Assembly: GCA_963663545.1 (NCBI GenBank)
Contig: OY760505.1
Location: forward strand, 3,168,001-3,232,000
DNA: 64,000 bases
Direction of reading: 5' to 3'
From: Candidatus Delongbacteria bacterium
GTDB lineage: Bacteria > CAIWAD01
This document shows, in pieces, positions 35,671-46,000 of this stretch. The notes below the pieces were generated by a model. It saw only the letters and a list, made by a program, of their open reading frames with translations. It was not told the origin of the DNA and made no database searches. Each line of letters begins with the position of its first letter. The stretch's first letter is position 1. A program made the position numbers and the translations under genes.

Positions 35671-38600
35671 ATGTTGCAGCCTCTCAGATTCCTTCTGCTG
35701 CTTTGCCTGCTGCCCCAGCTGGTCTTTGCCTTTGGTAAGAACAAGGTGCAGTACGAGTACAAGCATTGGCAGTACATCCAGAGCGAGCACTTCGACGTTT
35801 ACTATTACCAGGGCGGCCTGGACCAGGCCGTGTTTACAGCTGAAGTGGCCGACAGTGTATTCACGCTGATTACGCAGCGCTTCGACTGGATCCCCCCCGC
35901 AGAGCAACGTATCACGATTCTCACGTATCAAAGCCACAACGATTTCACCAACACCAATGTCAGCGACCAACCGCAGTCGGAAAGTGTGGGTGGATTCACG
36001 GAATTCTACAAGGGGCGCGTGGTTGTTCCTTTCCAGGGAAGCTGGGAGGATTACCGCCATGTGATACACCATGAAGTGACACACGCTCTGCATTTGGCCA
36101 TGATGTACGGCGAGAGCATCCTGCGGGGTGCGATACGCTTTCAGATGCCTCTGTGGTATGTGGAGGGAAGCGCCGAGTATCACAGTCGTGGCGGCTGGGA
36201 TCGTGACGCAAACATGTTCATGGCCGATGCCACAATCAGCGGTTATTTGCCGGAGCAGATCGAATACCTGAGTAACTATCTGGCCTACAAAGGCGGCCAG
36301 AGCGTTTTGTGCTACATCGATCATGAGTTTGGCGCAGGCAAAGTGACAGAGCTGAATCACAGGGTTCGTTCCTTGCGCAATATGGAGCGTGCATTGGAGC
36401 TGACGCTGGGCTTTGGCAGCGAGGAACTCAGCGCGAACTGGCATCGCTATCTGCAGGAAATCTACTGGCCTTTGATTCCCGAGCGTGATACAGCCGCCGA
36501 TATCGCCGAGGCGCTCAGCGATCACGAACAGTGGCAGAACTTCATTAATACCAGCCCGGCCATTTCTCCCGGCGGCGACCGAGTAGTTTTTCTCAGTAAT
36601 CGCAGCGGCTATTTCGAATTGCTGAGCGTGGACCTGCGATCTGAGAAGCGCAAGGTCAAGCGCCTTTTCACGGCACAGCAATCGGGGGATTTCGAAAACC
36701 TGCACTGGCTACGTCCCGGCTTGTGTTTCAATCCAAGTGGCGAGCGACTCTGCCTGGCGTCCAAGGCGGGCGCCGAGGATGCTCTCTTTGTTCTGGATGC
36801 TAGTGACGGCGACAAGCAGGAAGAACTGCGCTTCGGACTTGACGGCCTCTTCAGCCCTGTCTGGAGTCCCGACGGCCGCTATATCGCTTTTGTGGCTCTG
36901 GAAGAAGGACATACCGATCTGTGGCTTTATGATCTGCAGGAGTCGCGTGTGATCGAGCTGATGCATGACCGCTACAGCGACCTGGATCCTGCCTTCAGCA
37001 GCGATGGCCGTTGGCTTCTGTTTGCCAGCGATCGCGCCGGCGACCTAAGTCGCGACCAGATGCACAACATGAGTCATCGCAAGTACGGCAGCAAGGATAT
37101 CTACATGATGGACTTGAGCCATCTTGGCGATGACGGTGATACAGCTGATCTCAGTGTGCGACGTGTCACGCAATCCGGCTACGACAAACGGTCGCCGATC
37201 TGGCTGGAAGGCGCGGATCGCTCAGGGAGGTTGGTTTCCGGCGGTTACGGAATCCAAAACTCACAGTACGACAGTGTGATACAAGCGCAGGCCGAAATCG
37301 GTTTTGTGTGTGACGTCGGCGGAGCCTACAATCTGTGGACACTGAATGCGGCCGATTTCGTTGGCGCTGAGGTGATACAGACCTTGCCGGTTCCCCGCCA
37401 GCGTACGCGCATGCTTACCGGGCTGTTTCAGCCTTCCCTTGCAGGCAACGGGAGGCTGGCCTTCAGCAGCTTCGCTCAGGGCGGTTACGATGTTTTTCTG
37501 CTGAAGGATGTAGGCCAGCTTCCCTATCTGGGAGAGATGCCAGCAAACGATCTGGATCTGCTGCCCTTCAATCGACTACAGCACGACGATCTGGAAGTGG
37601 CGCAGGAAGTGATGCATGTCGAAGAGCGCGTTAGTGATACAGACGACACCGCCTGGCGAAAGTTCAACTTCAATCTGCTTGAACGCATCGCTGAAGAGGG
37701 CTGGCCCGAGCGCGCCGATGAGATCGACAGCCTTGCGGGTGATACAAAACTTGATCTGCACGCCGGTATCACGCCGCCCCGTCTAGATGCAGAGGGCAAC
37801 TACATCAGTCATCCCTACAAAGTGAAGCTCTCGCCGGATGTGGCTGTGGCACAGGCGCAATTCGACAATGTTTTTGGTCTTCAGGGCGTCAGTCAGATCG
37901 TGTTTTCCGATCTGCTCGGCAACCATCGCATCTACGGCTACTTCAACGTCTACGATCGTATTGAGTTGGCCAACCTTTACGCCTATTACCAGAATCAGGC
38001 GCACCGCGTCAGCTGGACCCTTGGCGGCTTTCACAATGTGCATCACATGAAGGGCGAGGTGGCTAACCGCTATTACCGCGACCGCGTGGTCGGGGCCGAT
38101 TTGATTGCCGCGTATCCGCTCAACCTGTACACACGTTTGTCGCTGGAAGGAAGTTACAGCGCTGTATTGCGTGACAGTCTCAACAGCGAAGAGGTGGAAT
38201 ACGATCGCTACAACAGCCCGATTTACGAGAAGTACCAGCGTGGCCATTTCTTGCTGGGCACTGCAGCCTACACCTTCGACAATATCCTTTGGGGCTCGGT
38301 CGGGCCGATCAATGGACACCGCGAGCGTTTGAGCTACACCTGCAGCATCCCGCTTGCCGGCGAAGAAAGCACGGCCAATGAGTTCCAGTCGCTACAACTG
38401 GATGCGCGCCGCTATTTGCGTGTCAACAATGACGTGCAGATCGCACTGCGACTGGCGGGTGGCGGCTCCTGGGGTCCATCGCCGCAGCGCTTTTTCGTGG
38501 GGGGTAGCACAAATTGGATCAATGCCAAGTACTGGAAGGCGGATACGGATTCAACGGCCAACACGCTGCATTCGGACGTTTCCGATTTGTATTACGCCGA

Positions 38601-38964
38601 TCACATTCAGCCCTTGCGAGGCGCAGCCGTTTATCAGGCCCAAGGGGATCATTACCTGTTGGCCAACACGGAGTTGCGCTTCACCATGTTGCGCTATCTG
38701 GTCACCGGCTGGCCGGCTCAACTTGTGCTGTACAACCTTCGTGGCGCCCTCTTCATGGACGCAGGCACCGCCTGGTATCACGACGGGGATTTTGACGCCG
38801 TGGATGATGACGGGCACCTGGAGGATCTATTGATGGGCTACGGGTGGGGCGTGCGCGCCAACCTGGGCGTGGTACTGATCAAAATGGACTGGGCCTGGCG
38901 CACTACGTGGGATGGCAATCCCGACGGCCCGCAATTTCTCTTCACCCTGGGAACGGAGTTCTGA
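35671..38964 (+). CDS. Omp85/BamA-TamA family outer-membrane protein with N-terminal peptidase MA-like and PD40/TolB propeller domains
   Basis: FGKNKVQY, HEVTH plus PLWYVEGSAEY, repeated P(A/V)(F/W)SPDG motifs, C-terminal barrel with PLRG, ANTELRF, ending TLGTEF. Confidence 0.88.
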   Translation: MLQPLRFLLLLCLLPQLVFAFGKNKVQYEYKHWQYIQSEHFDVYYYQGGLDQAVFTAEVADSVFTLITQRFDWIPPAEQRITILTYQSHNDFTNTNVSDQPQSESVGGFTEFYKGRVVVPFQGSWEDYRHVIHHEVTHALHLAMMYGESILRGAIRFQMPLWYVEGSAEYHSRGGWDRDANMFMADATISGYLPEQIEYLSNYLAYKGGQSVLCYIDHEFGAGKVTELNHRVRSLRNMERALELTLGFGSEELSANWHRYLQEIYWPLIPERDTAADIAEALSDHEQWQNFINTSPAISPGGDRVVFLSNRSGYFELLSVDLRSEKRKVKRLFTAQQSGDFENLHWLRPGLCFNPSGERLCLASKAGAEDALFVLDASDGDKQEELRFGLDGLFSPVWSPDGRYIAFVALEEGHTDLWLYDLQESRVIELMHDRYSDLDPAFSSDGRWLLFASDRAGDLSRDQMHNMSHRKYGSKDIYMMDLSHLGDDGDTADLSVRRVTQSGYDKRSPIWLEGADRSGRLVSGGYGIQNSQYDSVIQAQAEIGFVCDVGGAYNLWTLNAADFVGAEVIQTLPVPRQRTRMLTGLFQPSLAGNGRLAFSSFAQGGYDVFLLKDVGQLPYLGEMPANDLDLLPFNRLQHDDLEVAQEVMHVEERVSDTDDTAWRKFNFNLLERIAEEGWPERADEIDSLAGDTKLDLHAGITPPRLDAEGNYISHPYKVKLSPDVAVAQAQFDNVFGLQGVSQIVFSDLLGNHRIYGYFNVYDRIELANLYAYYQNQAHRVSWTLGGFHNVHHMKGEVANRYYRDRVVGADLIAAYPLNLYTRLSLEGSYSAVLRDSLNSEEVEYDRYNSPIYEKYQRGHFLLGTAAYTFDNILWGSVGPINGHRERLSYTCSIPLAGEESTANEFQSLQLDARRYLRVNNDVQIALRLAGGGSWGPSPQRFFVGGSTNWINAKYWKADTDSTANTLHSDVSDLYYADHIQPLRGAAVYQAQGDHYLLANTELRFTMLRYLVTGWPAQLVLYNLRGALFMDAGTAWYHDGDFDAVDDDGHLEDLLMGYGWGVRANLGVVLIKMDWAWRTTWDGNPDGPQFLFTLGTEF

Positions 38965-39785
38965 TGAAAGGCCTGGTCTGTCGTTCGATCACCCCGGAAG
39001 AGCTGGAAGCCTGGTGCAACCTGGGCATTCACGGTCGCAGCCGCATTCAACAGGCCGCCGTGACCTGGCGTCGTCTGTGGCGCGAGGGCGTGTCTTGTCC
39101 CGCCGACTGCTGGTGGGCGTGCGAGGGGCGACGTCCCTTGAGCCGAGTGGCGCTGTTGCACGAGGGCGAAGAACTGCAGCGCATTGTGGATCTGTGGTTT
39201 GACGCACGCGGCCCTTGGTATCGTCTGGTTCAGACCCTGCTCGAGAACATGCTGGAGACCCGCCCCTGGAAACCCGTACTCTGGGAACTGGAGGAGGGCG
39301 ACCACACCGCCGCGCGCTTGATCAGCCTTGCAGGTGAGTTGGGCTTTCGCAAGCAGGACGTGCGTCGCGAGCTTTGCCTTGAACTGCGCGCTCCGACCGC
39401 CGATGCTCGCAACGAGCTCGAGCTGTTACCCTTGCAACCGCCGTGCGACGAGTTGTCCTCGTGCGGATTGCAGCTCGAAGACGCCGACTGCATTCGCCAA
39501 CTGCAATTGAGCCACGTAGAACACCCTGCCTGCTATCTGCGCCTGGATGGCCTGGGCGGTGGTGAGCTGCGACCTGCACCCGCTTGTTGGCAGCACCCAG
39601 GCATGGATACGATCCTGCTGGCCTTGGCTGCACATCTGCCTTCGCTCGGTGTTGAGGTTCTGCAGCTTGCCCCGTCCGCAGAGTGGCAACTCTCCACACC
39701 CGGCAAAAAAGTGTATACCATCCGAGGTGAACGCGCTTACCTCCGCTTTGTGCGACCTGTCACAGAGCCTTCCGCAGAGAATTAG
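38964..39785 (+). CDS. Hypothetical protein (possibly a degenerate GNAT-like fold)
   Basis: ATG overlaps the upstream stop (TGATG). The ORF fills the gap. The fold assignment is weak. Confidence 0.55.
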   Translation: MKGLVCRSITPEELEAWCNLGIHGRSRIQQAAVTWRRLWREGVSCPADCWWACEGRRPLSRVALLHEGEELQRIVDLWFDARGPWYRLVQTLLENMLETRPWKPVLWELEEGDHTAARLISLAGELGFRKQDVRRELCLELRAPTADARNELELLPLQPPCDELSSCGLQLEDADCIRQLQLSHVEHPACYLRLDGLGGGELRPAPACWQHPGMDTILLALAAHLPSLGVEVLQLAPSAEWQLSTPGKKVYTIRGERAYLRFVRPVTEPSAEN

Positions 39786-39886
39786 CCTCTTTCCTGCCAA
39801 AGGAGACGGTCTCAGGCCAAAGATCGAGTTCCGCGGAGACGATATGTCCGTTACGCCTTATGGTGTACCGGTTGACTTCGCTGACC

Positions 39887-39903
39887 CTGGCACCTTTGCT
39901 GCA
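39887..39903 (+). promoter_or_regulatory. Putative sigma54 (-24/-12) promoter of the giant adhesin gene
   Basis: CTGGCACCTTTGCTGCA, GG-N10-GC, about 120 nt upstream of ATG 40025. Confidence 0.6.
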
Positions 39904-40024
39904 GACTGCACCACTCCCCCGGTGCGGTGCGTAGAGGAGACGCCAGCTTCCCTTTCGGGAGAGCCGGTTGGAGATCACACCGCGGAGATCAGGTCCGATT
40001 GGGTTCAAGTTGGAGGATAGTTTT

Positions 40025-43000
40025 ATGAGACAGCGTATCTGTCTGGTGATGGGCATACTGCTACTACTGGTCCAGGGGGCGTTGGCGCAGACGGGGCCGA
40101 CGATCCATCCCATCGCAACAGCCAACCTGACAGAGGATCAATCCAAGATCCACCCGATCTATGTCACTGATCCTGATGATCCCGCCAGTAATCTGGGCGT
40201 AGTTTTACAATCCAGCGATTCGGATCACGTTCTGCTCAGTGTTTATGAGCAGACGGATAACGATACCATTTGGATTGGCATCGATCCCAGTGCGGGCTGG
40301 AGCGGAAGCGTCACCGGTACGGTGCGCGTTTTTGACGGTCTTCCCTCCCGCAGCGTTGATTTGGAAACCTTCACCATCAACGTTGCCTTTGCCGCCGACT
40401 ATCCGGTGCTGGTTCAGGCCTTCGACTCGCTGCTATTGGCCGAGGACGACTGCTTCACACTGGACGCCGATACTCTGGTGACACATTTCTACGATGATGA
40501 TATTCCCTACGGTGACAGCTTCTCTATTACCGACATCACCTACAACCATGGTTCGGTGAGTCAAGCCGGTAGCGTTTGGACGCTGTGCAATGCCGAGAAT
40601 TACTACGGTTTTGCCGCCGCCAGCCTGACGCTGCAGGATACGAATTACGACACGCTGGTCGTGTTCAACCTCCCGATCAGGATTACACCTGTCAATGACG
40701 CACCAGAGCAGATTCTGGCTTGTGATCCACTGGCAATGACGGAGGATGTGATTGCCACCGTCAACGGCAACGCGCTGAAAACGCATTTCACCGACCCCGA
40801 TGGGGACGAGTTTGAGGTAGACAGTCTGCAGTTCAATCACGGCACCGTTACCCGTTCGGGCGCCACCTACAGTCTGCATCCTACAGAAAACTACGCCGGA
40901 GCTGCAGAAGTCACGGTGTATGTGAGCGAGAGCGTCAACCCGGATGACCTGGGCACTACGGCGACCATCTCTGTAGACATTGCGCCGGTCAACGATGCTC
41001 CTGTTGTGGGTGCCATCGCCGATCAGACGGCTTCGGAGGATACGCCGCTTACGGTTGCTTTCACCGCCAGCGACCCTGAAGACGATACGATGTACTTTGC
41101 CGTGGCCACCGATCAGGCTGATGTGAGCGCCAGCGTCAATGGTGCTGCGCGTCAGATTACCCTGACGCCCACAAACAATTGGAACGGTACGACTACGGTT
41201 ACCCTGACCGTGAGCGACAGCGAACTGCGTTTGAGCACCGAAGTCAACTTTGATCTGGTGGTCAGTGCGACGAACGACGCACCTGTGGCTGATCCTGGAC
41301 TGGCGGATCAGAGCATTGATGAAGATGCCTCCTTCCTGCTTACCGAAGTCGCAATTCTTGCCGCCTTCACCGATCCTGAAGGCGATGATTTGAGTGTGGA
41401 CGAGGTTAGCAGCAGTGCCGGTACGGTGACTCCCGAGGGCGATGATTATCGTATCACGCCCGCAGCAGATTTCTTTGGTGATCTGACGATTACGGTCACC
41501 GTCATCGAGACCATCACGGCAGACGCGTACAGCACCAGTGACAGCTTTACACTGACGGTGAATGCCGTCAATGATGCGCCGGTGATCGACGCCATTGCTG
41601 ATCAGTCAACCGATGAGGACGTGCAGCTGCGCGTCGCCTATTCTGTGAACGATGTAGACAATGCCTCCCTCGAGCTTAGCGTGAGCAGTGACGAGGCCAA
41701 TGTGCTTGCGACTCTGGATGAGTTGGCGGAGGAAATCGTGCTGACGCCAGCTGCCGATTGGAACGGCACGGCCACGATCACCTTGACCGCAAACGACGCC
41801 GCGCTTCGTTTGACGGACGGCGAGCAGTTCACGCTTACGGTTGACGCGGTCAATGATGCGCCCTATCTGGTGGAAGCCTACGACGATATAGAGGCCTTGG
41901 AAGACACGCCCTTTGAGCTGACGGACGCCGAACTGCTGGCGAACTTTGATGACGTGGACGGCGATGTCCTGCTGGTGCAGAGTGTCAGTTTCGATCACGG
42001 CAGCGTCGTGCATGCCGCCGGGACCGCCACTTTTACGCCTGACGAAGGCTACAACGGGTGGGCCGAGATTGGGATCACCGCTGTTGAAGACGGCACTGTC
42101 GACAGCTTCACCGCTTCCGCCACCATCGATGTGGCCATTGGTGCGGTCAACGACAGCCCGGACATTGATCCCATTGCCGATCAGAACATGGACGAGGATG
42201 ATGTGCTGCGCGTGGCTTATGCCGGCACAGATCCGGAAGCTGATCCCATCAGCTGGTCTGTGGCCAGTTCCAACGTCAATCTGGTCGCTGTTCTGGATGA
42301 AGTGGAAGAGGAGATTGTGTTGACGCCTGCCGCCGATTGGAATGGCAGCGCTACCATTACCCTCACCGCCGACGACGGAGTCGTGCGCACCACCAGCCAG
42401 GAGAGCTTCCTGGTCACGGTCAATGCCATTAACGATGCCCCTTATCTGAATTCGGCCCTGGACGATCGTTCGACCGACGAAGATGTGGCGCTATCGCTGA
42501 CCAACGCGGTGCTTGTCGCTCATTTCGATGACGTAGATGGTGACGCACTTACGATCAGCAATGTGGAATGGGCCGAGGGTAGCGTGGTCACCCAGCCTGG
42601 TGGCTGGCTGCTGACGCCTGCTGCGGATTACAATGGCAGTTCGATGGTTACGATAACCGCACGCGAGTCCGCAACCGCAGACCTCTACACAGCTCAGGGC
42701 ACTTTTACTCTGACCGTGGACGCCATCAATGATGCACCGGTGATTACGCTTCCCGGTGACCAGTCAACCGACGAGGATGTTGAGCTTCGCGTGGCCTATC
42801 TCATTAGCGATGTAGATAACGCCGAGTTTACGCTGGACATCAGCTCATCGGCGGATGAGGTTAGCGCAAGCATTGATACCGACAATGGCGAACTTGTGCT
42901 TGTGCCCGACGCTGACTGGTCCGGCACCAGCAATATCACCTTCACGGCTAGCGATGAAGTTCTGCGCTTAAGTGACAGTGAGACCTTTACGCTGACGGTC

Positions 43001-46000
43001 AACGCGGTCAACGACGCGCCGGTGGTGGCAACACCGCTGGAGGATCAAAGCATCGACGAGGACGAGGAATACGCCGTTGCAACGGCCACCTTGCTGGCCG
43101 CTTTCAGTGATGTAGAAAACGATGTGCTTTCCATTCAGGGTGTGGCCGTGGATGAAGGCGCAGCCAGCTTGTTCGAGGGCGTTTGGACGATTACGCCCGA
43201 GGCCGACTGGTCCGGAATCATCACAGTAACCGTGACTGCCCGTGAAGCCTCCACTGCCGAACACTACACGGTGCAGGATGTTTTTGAGCTGACAGTGAAC
43301 GCGGTCAACGATGCGCCGGTGATTGCAGCTATCGAGGATCAGACTCTGGCCGAAGATGGCAACCTGCAAGTCGCCTACTCCGTGAGCGACATCGACGGCG
43401 GCGAGCTGCTGCTTTCCGTCAGTACTGGAAACGCCTTCCTGACCGTCGAGCTGGATTTGGACAACGAAGAAATCCTCCTTGCCCCAGTGGCGAACTGGTT
43501 TGGCAACAGCCTCGTCACCCTCGAGGCCAACGATCAGGTTGCCCGTACGATCAGCAGCACTTCCTTCATGGTTACTGTGACACCCGTCAACGATGTGCCG
43601 ACGCTGGCAACTCCTTTTGAGGATCGCGAAGAAGTCGAGGACACCCCCTTCACGCTGCTAAGCGCCGATCTGGTGGCCGCGTTTGAGGATGTGGAAGACG
43701 ATGCGCTGGTGGTCAATCAGGTGAGTTTCGATCAGGGCACGGTAGTCAGTGTGGCCGGTGGCTATCAGCTGACGCCAACGTCCGAGTACAGTGGCGCTGC
43801 CCTGATTACCGTTGAGGTGCGCGAGCAGAACAGTGTGGAGCACTATACGGCGCAGACCACCATCAATGTGGATATCGCTCCCGAAAACGATGCACCCGTC
43901 ATCGCCAGCATCGACACGCAGACCATGGATGAGGACGGCACTCTAGCCGTGCCTTACGTCGTGAGCGATGTGGACAATCCTGAGTTGACGCTGAGCGTCA
44001 CCAGCAACAACGACAGCATCTTGGTGAGCCTTGACGAGGACGCCGAGGAAATTCTGATTAGCCTGGTGGCGGATTTCAACGGCAGCGGCACCGTCACGCT
44101 TCGTGCAGATGACGAAGAACTGCGTCTGGTGGACACCGAGGACTTCGCCGTCATCGTCAGTGCGGTGAATGATGAACCGGTAGTGGCCGGGGTGCACGCA
44201 ACCGTGAACGCGGTCGAGGACACGGATTTTGTTCTGAGCACCAGCGAGCTGCTCTCGCATCTGAGCGACATCGACGGTGACGAGCTGACGGTAGACGCCA
44301 TCGACTTCGACCACGGCGTTGTATCACAGGACGGCGACAACTGGACCTTCACGCCCGCCGCCGACTATTTCGGCAGCGCGGAGATTTCGCTCACGGCCAT
44401 CGAGGTCGGTACTGTGGAAGCCTATACTGTCGACACAACTGTGCCTGTGGAGATTAGTGCTGCCAACGACGCGCCGGTGATTGTCGCCCTCGACGACCAG
44501 GAACTCGACGAGGACAGCACGCTGTCTGTGGCGTACTTCGTGAGCGACGTCGATAATGGCAGCCTGAGTCTGAGCGTGAGCAGCGATGACGAAAACCTGG
44601 ATGTGGAACTGGATGAGTTGGCGGGCGAGATCCTGCTGACTCCTGCCGAGAACTGGAACGGCAGTGCCCTGGTTACGCTGACAGCCGATGATGAAGTGCT
44701 TCGCGCCACGGATAGCGAGACCTTTACGGTGACGGTCACTCCGGTTAACGATGCGCCTTACCTGAGCGAAGCCTATGATAATGTGGATGCCACGGAAAGC
44801 ACGCCCTTCGAGCTGACGGCGGCTGAGCTCCTGGCTAACTTCGCGGACGTGGAGAACGACGAGTTGGCTGTGGATTCCCTGGCTTTCAACCACGGTACTT
44901 TCAGCCTGGACGGTGATACATACACCTTCACTCCGACCACGGGCTACAACGGCTGGGCTCTGATCTACGTACGCGCCGCTGAAACAGCTACTGCGGAAGC
45001 CTACACGGTGGACGCCAGCATTGATGTGGCCATTGGTGCGGTCAACGATCCGCCGGAAATCACCGCCATCGACGATCAGGAAATGGACGAGGATACCGTG
45101 TTACGCGTCGCCTATTCGGGAACGGATCCCGAGAGCGATCCCATCACCTGGAGTGTTAGCGCCGATGAAGAACAGGTGAGTGTCGAGCTGGATGAGGCGG
45201 AGTCTGAAATCGTACTGACGCCCAGTGCGGATTGGAACGGCAGTGCGCTGATTACTCTGGTGGCCAGTGACGGTATTGAACGTATCACGGCCAGCGAGAC
45301 ATTTACACTCACCGTACTGCCGGTCAATGACCAACCGGTACTGGAGAGTGCGCTCGCCGATCGTGAGACGGCGGAAGATACGCCCTTGACCCTGACCAAC
45401 GCCACGCTGCTGGCCTCCTTCAGCGATGTCGATGAGGACGAGCTTGCCGTAAGCTTGGTGGAATGGGCTGAAGGTACGGTTGCTGCCCAGGCGGGCGGTT
45501 GGTTGCTGACTCCTGTCGCCAACTACAACGGCAGCGCCTTGGTAACGGTAACCGTCGCCGAGACTGGAACCGCAGATTTATTCAGCGTCCAGGGCACCTT
45601 TACCTTAGCGGTCAGCGCTGTAAACGATGCTCCCTTTGTAACACAGGAATTGGATACTCTGCTGCTGGGGCGCTACTCCAGTAATTCCAGCATCGACTTG
45701 GACGATGTCTTTGATGATCTGGACAACGAGACCTTGAGTTACAGCGTCAGCGGTGATACAGACCTGGTCGATGTCAGCATTGACGGAGAAGGTGTGGTTA
45801 CGATCAGTTCCAACGACGACTGGTTGGGCGATGCTGTGCTGGTCTTTACGGCGGAGGATGAAGGCTCGCGCCTCTCCGCGAGCGAAGATCTTGTGGTCAG
45901 CGTGATACAGGCGAATGCCTGGGTCAGCGGTCAGGTCCGCTACTACACGGATGAAAACAACATGGAAGATGTCCTGCTGACCTTGACCGGCACGGACAGC

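Noticed and set aside
30771..36705. Long antisense ORFs (30771-31847, 34787-35590, 35524-36705)
   Set aside because: They lie opposite well-supported genes (epimerase, coaE, Omp85) and lack recognisable domains.
39990..40015. GGTTCAAGT as a tRNA T-loop
   Set aside because: No acceptor, D or anticodon stems can be formed around it; it lies just before an RBS.
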